Below, piece by piece: positions 58,461 through 64,000 of a stretch of DNA of 64,000 nt (within the stretch, counting starts at the first letter, position 1; every line of letters begins with the position of its first letter). A program made the translations under genes and the position numbers. The stretch lies in NCBI GenBank assembly GCA_963804955.1, contig CAWDSQ010000007.1, positions 416,001 to 480,000 of the forward strand, in the 5' to 3' direction. Below the pieces are notes generated by a model. It searched no databases. It saw only the letters and a list, made by a program, of their open reading frames with translations, and was not told the DNA's origin. The DNA is from an uncultured delta proteobacterium (GTDB lineage Bacteria > Desulfobacterota > WTBG01 > CAIYCZ01 > CAIRTM01).

Positions 58461-58625
58461 TTACTCTTTGAAATTTTTTGCTATTTTAAAGCCCATGCCG
58501 CATTTGGGGCAGTTGACAGTGGATGGCTTTTTCGTTACCTCGACCAGGGCTCCGCAATCTCTGCAGGTGATGCGTGCTTTGATCGAGACGGCCACTGATT
58601 TCTTGTTTTTTTTTGCTTCAGCCAT
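58461..58625 (-). CDS. Small 54-aa zinc-ribbon protein (not in ORF track)
   Basis: Own translation MAEAKKNKKSVAVSIKARITCRDCGALVEVTKKPSTVNCPKCGMGFKIAKNFKE; AAAGGGG RBS. Confidence 0.7.
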   Translation of the reverse strand: MAEAKKNKKSVAVSIKARITCRDCGALVEVTKKPSTVNCPKCGMGFKIAKNFKE

Positions 58626-58876
58626 GGCAGCCCCTTTCCCGGTTACAAACCTTTACCGCATGAAAGGCTTCGCCTTTTCATGCTTCCTGAACGGTCAAAC
58701 GATTCACTGACAGGGCCTGTTTTTTAAACTATGCCCGCTTTACCGAAACACTGCCTCGGAAACCCCACAAAAGAGGGAACGAAAAAAATCCCCCTTTAGC
58801 AACGGGGGATAAAAAGGCAAACATCAATTAAATCAATATTACCCACCGGGATCCCCCGCCTTGTAAGCGGGAAGCT

Positions 58877-59963
58877 TTACTGCCCCACAAGAAAGTGCAT
58901 ATTCTTCAGGCACTGATCCATATGGCGCATCATGTCTTCGGTTTTATTCCGGTACAGCTCATGCGCATCGCCGCCGGTCTTGATTGCCTGCGCGATGGCC
59001 AGACCTGCCCGGTAGCCCGAGTCTATGGCAGCGCTGATGCCCTCACCGTTTAAGTAGACAAAGCCCGCTGCCTCGCCGGTCAGCAGCACCCGGCCTGCGC
59101 CGAGATTCGGCGGCAGTTGCCGTACTGCGCAGCCCTCAACGCGGTCGATTTCACCAGTGGCCACCTGAAACCGGTCGGCAAGAAACTGTTTGAACACAAC
59201 CATGCCGGCCCGGATATCCCGCCCGCGCAAGCCGCCCACGCACAGCGTCAGCAGGTCATCCTTGCGATGGACGCAGCACAAAATGTCGCCCACCGACGGC
59301 TCGAAAAACACATACCAGTGGCCTTTGCGCAGCGTGCCCGTGCTTCCAATCCGGCAATACTCCTGGTAGATAACCACATCGCCGGAATTGCCGCGCCACT
59401 GCTCATCCATAAAGCCCCGCACCGTGGAGCCGCAGCCGTCGGCGCCGACAAGATACGTGCACCCAAGCTCCTGCTGCGGTTCTTTTTGAGCGCCGGGCTC
59501 CATCGTTTTGGGCTCTTTCCGGAAAACCGACAGACGGATATGTGTCGCCGTCCTGTGTCATTGACCGCACAGAGCAGTTTTCTCGAACCTCTGCTTCGCT
59601 TTGCTGCACAAGCCAGCGGTCGAACCTGCTGCGCCAGATATTTAAATAGACCGGCGGAAATTCCTGCCCGTCTTTACCCGTCTCCCAGACATAGTTGAGG
59701 AAGCCTTTGTCTCTGTTCCACTCATGGATATGTTCGGCCGGAATCTCCCTGGGGGTGCAGTACACATCCTGCGGCGGCAGCCCGCCGAAATATCTGTCCA
59801 GCAGAACCTGTGTCTGGCCGAAAAGCACGCCAGAGCATATTTTGTTGCGGGGCAGTTTTTCTTTTTCGATAATGAGGACGTCAATGCCGGCCTTGCGCAG
59901 CGCCTTGGCGCATGCTGCGCCTGAAGGCCCCGCCCCCACAACTATGACCTGATGCTCTTCCAT
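58877..59963 (-). CDS. Geranylgeranyl reductase-family flavoprotein; frameshifted near 59520
   Basis: VVGAGPSG, PRNKICSG, VGADG, TGEAAG...GEGISAA. Confidence 0.85.
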
Positions 59964-60091
59964 GACCGATGCTCCTTTTCCATGCAAAATAAATTTCTGC
60001 TATGCCTGCGCAGCGCCGGTTTAAGCTCTGCCGCTGCATGTATGCTCTTTAAAGATTCCTCGCCGATACCGGCTTTCTGGCCAAAACTTCT

Positions 60092-60731
60092 TCAATATGC
60101 TCTGAAATCTCCTTCATCGCCTGCGTCACGGGCTTGTAATAGCAGTGATCGAACAGCCGCTCCGTCAAGCCGGTCCGATGGAGTGAGATTACACAGAATC
60201 TTCATTCCCGTAAAGCCGGAAATTATGCGGTCAACGGGCACCACAAAACCGGATGTGCCCAGGGCAACAAAACAGTCCTCTGACCTAAGGCCGGCTGCTT
60301 CCTCATGCATATCGGCATAGCGCGGCGCCATTTCATTGAACAGCACCACATGGGGCTTGACGGCAAGGCTTGCGCAGGCCAGCGCCGCTGAAGGGGACGG
60401 CCATAGCCGATATTGCCGTACAGCCAGTAAGGCCTTCACATTTGCAAATTAACTGTGTGCAGTCACTCGCTCGAGCAGGTGTCCACATTCTGCGGATGAG
60501 CACAATCAGGCCGGCCGTAGGCTTACTGAGAGGGCAAGATCCCCGGCGGCATTGGCCGGCGTGCGAGCATCCGCGAAACTCGTTAAAAACTGAACGCTGC
60601 GGTTCTGTCGAAGGTGAAGAGTTCCGGACAAGCTCGTCGAACTGTAGCGCTCCCACTGGTGGCACGTACGCGAAGATTGTATCTCACTTTCGCGCACAAA
60701 CCTGCGCCGCTAAAATGACAGCCTTTGCCAC
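60092..60731 (-). pseudogene. Heavily frameshifted Sir2/CobB-like deacylase
   Basis: Fragments SGAGL, QNVD, KPHVVLFNE and LGTSG in different frames. Confidence 0.7.
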
Positions 60732-61271
60732 CGCTATGTGAAAGACCCGGTCAAAAAAAGGATTTTTCGAGCTTGCGCTCAAAGGTATGCCGTGGGCCAC
60801 GACCACATCCGCAGGCAGCATGCCGAAATGCAGCATGGCATAGCCGATAGAATACATGATGCGCGTATCAACCCGCCGGTCTGCGGCCACTGCCACGGCC
60901 GAGCCGATGGCTATGCCCAGATCATTCATGGAAATTGCGCACCGGCCCCTGCCCGATTGCTCCTTTTCCCTGCAGTCGGCAAATCCGCAGAACCCGCACT
61001 GTTTGAGCCCGAGCGGCATGTCGCGCGCGCCGAGCACCACGATGCACTCAGCCTTCAGTATGTCATCGCCGTTGATCATGAAAACCGGGCCATCGGTTTG
61101 CTCAAAAAGCTCCAGCATCTTGTCGTGCAGGCCGGGTATCTCGGCTTTGGTGAGGATACAGGCAAAAAGATTGTCTACCCCCTTGCCTTTGGGCGCTGTG
61201 CGCGCCGCTATCACCATGGCGCGGGCCACCTCCAACAGCCCGGCTTCCCTGATTTCCTGTTCAAGCATCAT
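60684..61271 (-). CDS. DUF2148 ferredoxin-like protein
   Basis: AARTAPKGKG, CGFCGFADC, DLGIAIGSA, DTRIMYS, SKNPFFDR. Confidence 0.9.
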   Translation of the reverse strand: MMLEQEIREAGLLEVARAMVIAARTAPKGKGVDNLFACILTKAEIPGLHDKMLELFEQTDGPVFMINGDDILKAECIVVLGARDMPLGLKQCGFCGFADCREKEQSGRGRCAISMNDLGIAIGSAVAVAADRRVDTRIMYSIGYAMLHFGMLPADVVVAHGIPLSASSKNPFFDRVFHIAVAKAVILAAQVCARK

Positions 61272-61311
61272 GGCATATCTCCTTACATAATGGATCGACA
61301 ACCTTAAATAA

Positions 61312-61467
61312 AGCAGAATTCAGGAGTCAGAATTCAGAATGGAAGACATATAAAGATCTCCAAAAAATATTCTCCCAACTCCAGGGCAGACACGCAGGTC
61401 TGCCCCTACTCTCGAAATCCTCTTGAACTCCTGAATTCCTGGATTCTGGATTCTGGATTCTGATTCT
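61312..61467. repeat. Heptamer tandem repeats in inverted arrangement with an embedded REP hairpin
   Basis: CAGAATT/CAGGAGT units at 61314-61340, TTCTGGA units at 61426-61467, GGGCAGAC-ACGCA-GGTCTGCCC at 61384. Confidence 0.6.
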
Positions 61468-61604
61468 CTTTATGCTGTTTGATACCCTGAAACAGCTGCA
61501 GGGTCAAGTAGATTGCCGCATCTGGCGGCATTTTCAGCGCCCTGCAGTCCAGCCTGTTGATTGACATGCGTGCAGAGGCTGTGCTAAAAGTAAACCAAAG
61601 GAGT

Positions 61605-62429
61605 ATGATGAAGCTTGCTGAAATACGTGATATTCTCAACGCGGAGGTGTATACCGGCCATGAGCGTCTCGGCCTTGAGGTAAAAACCGCCTTCAGCGCC
61701 GATCTCATGAGCGATGTTCTGGCATTCGCCCAGCCCGGCGGCCTGCTCATTACCGGGGTCACCAATGCCCAGTGCGTGCGCACGGCATTTGCCCTGGACA
61801 TAGCGGCCATAGTCATCTGCCGCGGCAAAAAACCGCTGCCCGAGGCCGTTGAAATGGCGATCGAGCTTGGCATACCGATCCTTGCCACGGCCTATATCAT
61901 GTTTGAAACCTGCGGCCGGCTTTTTCAGAACGGTATGGTCACGTGCGGGCCTGTCGAAAAAACCGGCAACGCGAATATCTCGGAGGGCACTGCGCATTTC
62001 AAAAGCGGCCACAAGGTGCAGGGCCGCAATTTCACCGAAGCGGGCCGCGCGGCAAATGAAATAAAAAAGTCGCTGCGCAGCCAGGGCATACCCGAAGAAA
62101 TCGTTCGGCGCGTAGCTGTCGTTGCCTTCGAGTCTGAAGTAAACATAATCTCGTATGCCGATCACGGCACGATCTTCTGTTATGTATCACCGGAGCAGAT
62201 ATCCCTCGAAGCGATAGACCGCGGTCAGGGCATACCCGATATCGATCTTGCCATGCAGGAGGGCTACTCAACGGCCGACGACACCATCAGAGCCCTGGGC
62301 TTCGGCGCCGGCATGGGCCTGGCAAACATAAAACGATTTTCAGACACCTTTGAAATTTCTTCAGAGGTCGACAAGGGAACCTATCTGCGCAGCATCATCA
62401 ACAGGCATAATGACATAAAGGAAACATAG
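61605..62429 (+). CDS. DRTGG domain fused to anti-sigma-type Ser/Thr kinase
   Basis: SADLMSDVL, ITG; ESEVNII, DRGQGIPDI, GFGAGMGLANI. Confidence 0.88.
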   Translation: MMKLAEIRDILNAEVYTGHERLGLEVKTAFSADLMSDVLAFAQPGGLLITGVTNAQCVRTAFALDIAAIVICRGKKPLPEAVEMAIELGIPILATAYIMFETCGRLFQNGMVTCGPVEKTGNANISEGTAHFKSGHKVQGRNFTEAGRAANEIKKSLRSQGIPEEIVRRVAVVAFESEVNIISYADHGTIFCYVSPEQISLEAIDRGQGIPDIDLAMQEGYSTADDTIRALGFGAGMGLANIKRFSDTFEISSEVDKGTYLRSIINRHNDIKET

Positions 62430-62431
62430 CC

Positions 62432-62767
62432 ATGGACGTACAAAGCATCGTCAAAGAGCTTCAGCTTTCGGTAAAGTGCCGGCCCGACCGCCTCGGCGCG
62501 GAAGTGACCGGCGGGTTTGCGGGCGACCTGCTGAGCGATGTCATGGCCAACAGCGCCGCCGGTCATCTCTGGATCACCCGGCAGACGCATCAGAACATCA
62601 TCGCCGTGGCATCCCTCAAAGACCATGCCGGCATCATCATCGTGCAGGGAGCCGAACCCGAAGCCGACACTCTTGAAAAGGCCGCGGCCGAAGGCATCCC
62701 CGTCATGGCAAGCACACTGCAGGCTTTTGAGCTTGTGGGCAAAATATACCGGCTGCTGGACCGCTGA
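62432..62767 (+). CDS. DRTGG domain protein
   Basis: GGFAGDLLSDVM, WITRQTHQNIIAVA. Confidence 0.88.
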   Translation: MDVQSIVKELQLSVKCRPDRLGAEVTGGFAGDLLSDVMANSAAGHLWITRQTHQNIIAVASLKDHAGIIIVQGAEPEADTLEKAAAEGIPVMASTLQAFELVGKIYRLLDR

Positions 62768-62796
62768 ACGCATCCCCCTTTTTACCGAGAGCAGGC

Positions 62797-63543
62797 ATGG
62801 CCCGACTCTATACATGTGATCTGCATAACCACACCTGCCTTTCGCCCTGCGCACGGCTCGATATGCACCCGAAAGCTCTCGTGGCGGCATGCCTTGCCCG
62901 GGGGCTTGACATTGTGGCGATCACCGATCACAATGCATCGGAAAACATTGTCCATGTCATGCAGGCAGCCCGTGACACCCCACTTGTCGTGATCCCCGGC
63001 ATGGAGGTGACCACAAAAGAAGAGGCTCATGTGCTGGCTCTGTTCGCAAGCCTTGAAGCTGTAGCACTGTTTCAGGAAATAATTTACAGCCGCCTGCCCG
63101 GCGATAACGACGAGCGCCGCTTCGGCTGCCAGCCCATCGTCAATGATCGGGAAGAGGTTGAAGCCTTCAATCCGCATCTTTTATTCAGCACAACAGACAT
63201 CACTCTCAATGAAGTTGCCGGACATATCCACAGCCTGGGCGGCATTGTTATAGCCTCCCACATCGACCGCTCATTTTTCAGCGTCGTCAGCCAGCTCGGC
63301 TGTGTGCCTGAAAGCGCGGGCTTTAACGGGCTTGAAATATCAGCAGCCCTTGGCATAGCCGGCGGCAGGCGCCGTTTCCCCGGTCTTTCACAGTACACGT
63401 TCATCACCTCATCGGATGCCCACTGCCTGAACGACGTGGGGCGCTCCTGCACCATAATGTATCTCGAAAGTCCGTGCTTTGCAGAAATACAGCTCGCCCT
63501 TGCCCGTATGGACGGACGATATGTTGCGGAAAGCCGGCCATGA
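62797..63543 (+). CDS. PHP domain protein
   Basis: DLHNHTCLSPC, ITDHN, GMEV, ASHIDR, SSDAH. Confidence 0.92.
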   Translation: MARLYTCDLHNHTCLSPCARLDMHPKALVAACLARGLDIVAITDHNASENIVHVMQAARDTPLVVIPGMEVTTKEEAHVLALFASLEAVALFQEIIYSRLPGDNDERRFGCQPIVNDREEVEAFNPHLLFSTTDITLNEVAGHIHSLGGIVIASHIDRSFFSVVSQLGCVPESAGFNGLEISAALGIAGGRRRFPGLSQYTFITSSDAHCLNDVGRSCTIMYLESPCFAEIQLALARMDGRYVAESRP

Positions 63544-64000
63544 AGGAGCTTGCGCTGCATATTCTTGACCTTGCCGAAAACGCCCTGCGCGCGGGAGCAA
63601 CGAAGCTTGATATCACCATAGAGCGCGACGAGACTGCCGACACCCTCACTGTTTTCATCTCCGACAACGGCCGGGGCATGTCCCCTGAAGCTCTGGCCCG
63701 CGTGTCCGACCCGTTCTATACGACAAAAAAAACCCGGCGTACAGGCCTTGGCATACCGCTTGCAGCCCATGCCGCTCAGCATGGCAGGCGGCTCATTTTC
63801 CATCACATCGCAGGAGGGACTGGGCACCTGCATTACCGCTGTGTTTCAGTACAGCCATATCGACCGGCAGCCGCTGGGGGATGTGGCCGGCACAGTTGCC
63901 GCCCTGCTGCTTGCCAGCCCCGATATCGAGCTGCGCTTTGTCTGCCGATCAGGCGCCGGCGAATACATTTTTGACACCAGACTGCTGCGCGAGCAGCTTG
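63540..64000 (+). CDS. HATPase_c ATP-binding protein; frameshifted near 63790, truncated by window edge
   Basis: MKELALHILDLAENA, DNGRGM, DPFYTT, GLGIP, later HIDRQPLGD. Confidence 0.85.

Overview
Bacterial chromosomal window, most consistent with an anaerobic Desulfobacterota/deltaproteobacterium (inferred from gene content). Many genes are split by 1-bp frameshifts in patches, which is more likely assembly error than true decay. Housekeeping: tRNA-Leu, uvrB, ptsI, dnaG-rpoD-tRNA(CAT), zinc-ribbon protein, mutS, topoisomerase III, EF-G, serC, tal. Metabolism: a full-length aldehyde:ferredoxin oxidoreductase, two geranylgeranyl-reductase-like flavoproteins, a 7-gene FAD-oxidoreductase/(Fe-S)-CCG/AOR-like operon, and the start of a DRTGG-kinase-PHP cluster. 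The 21-38.5 kb accessory region holds c-di-GMP and surface genes (two PilZ, GGDEF, orphan MglA, lipoproteins, cysteine proteases). The strongest non-coding discoveries are: (1) three promoters with the same tandem TGAGTA-N4-TACTCA operator at an identical distance from an extended -10, preceding a papain-like protease, a MOA-like cysteine protease/lipoprotein pair and a riboswitch-controlled secreted protein; (2) a c-di-GMP-I riboswitch with a readable OFF-switch platform; (3) a ~62-nt leader shared by a PilZ gene and mglA; (4) many TIR-bounded miniature elements carrying REP-like hairpins, one nested in another's hairpin loop. All family calls come from motif recognition, not database searches.
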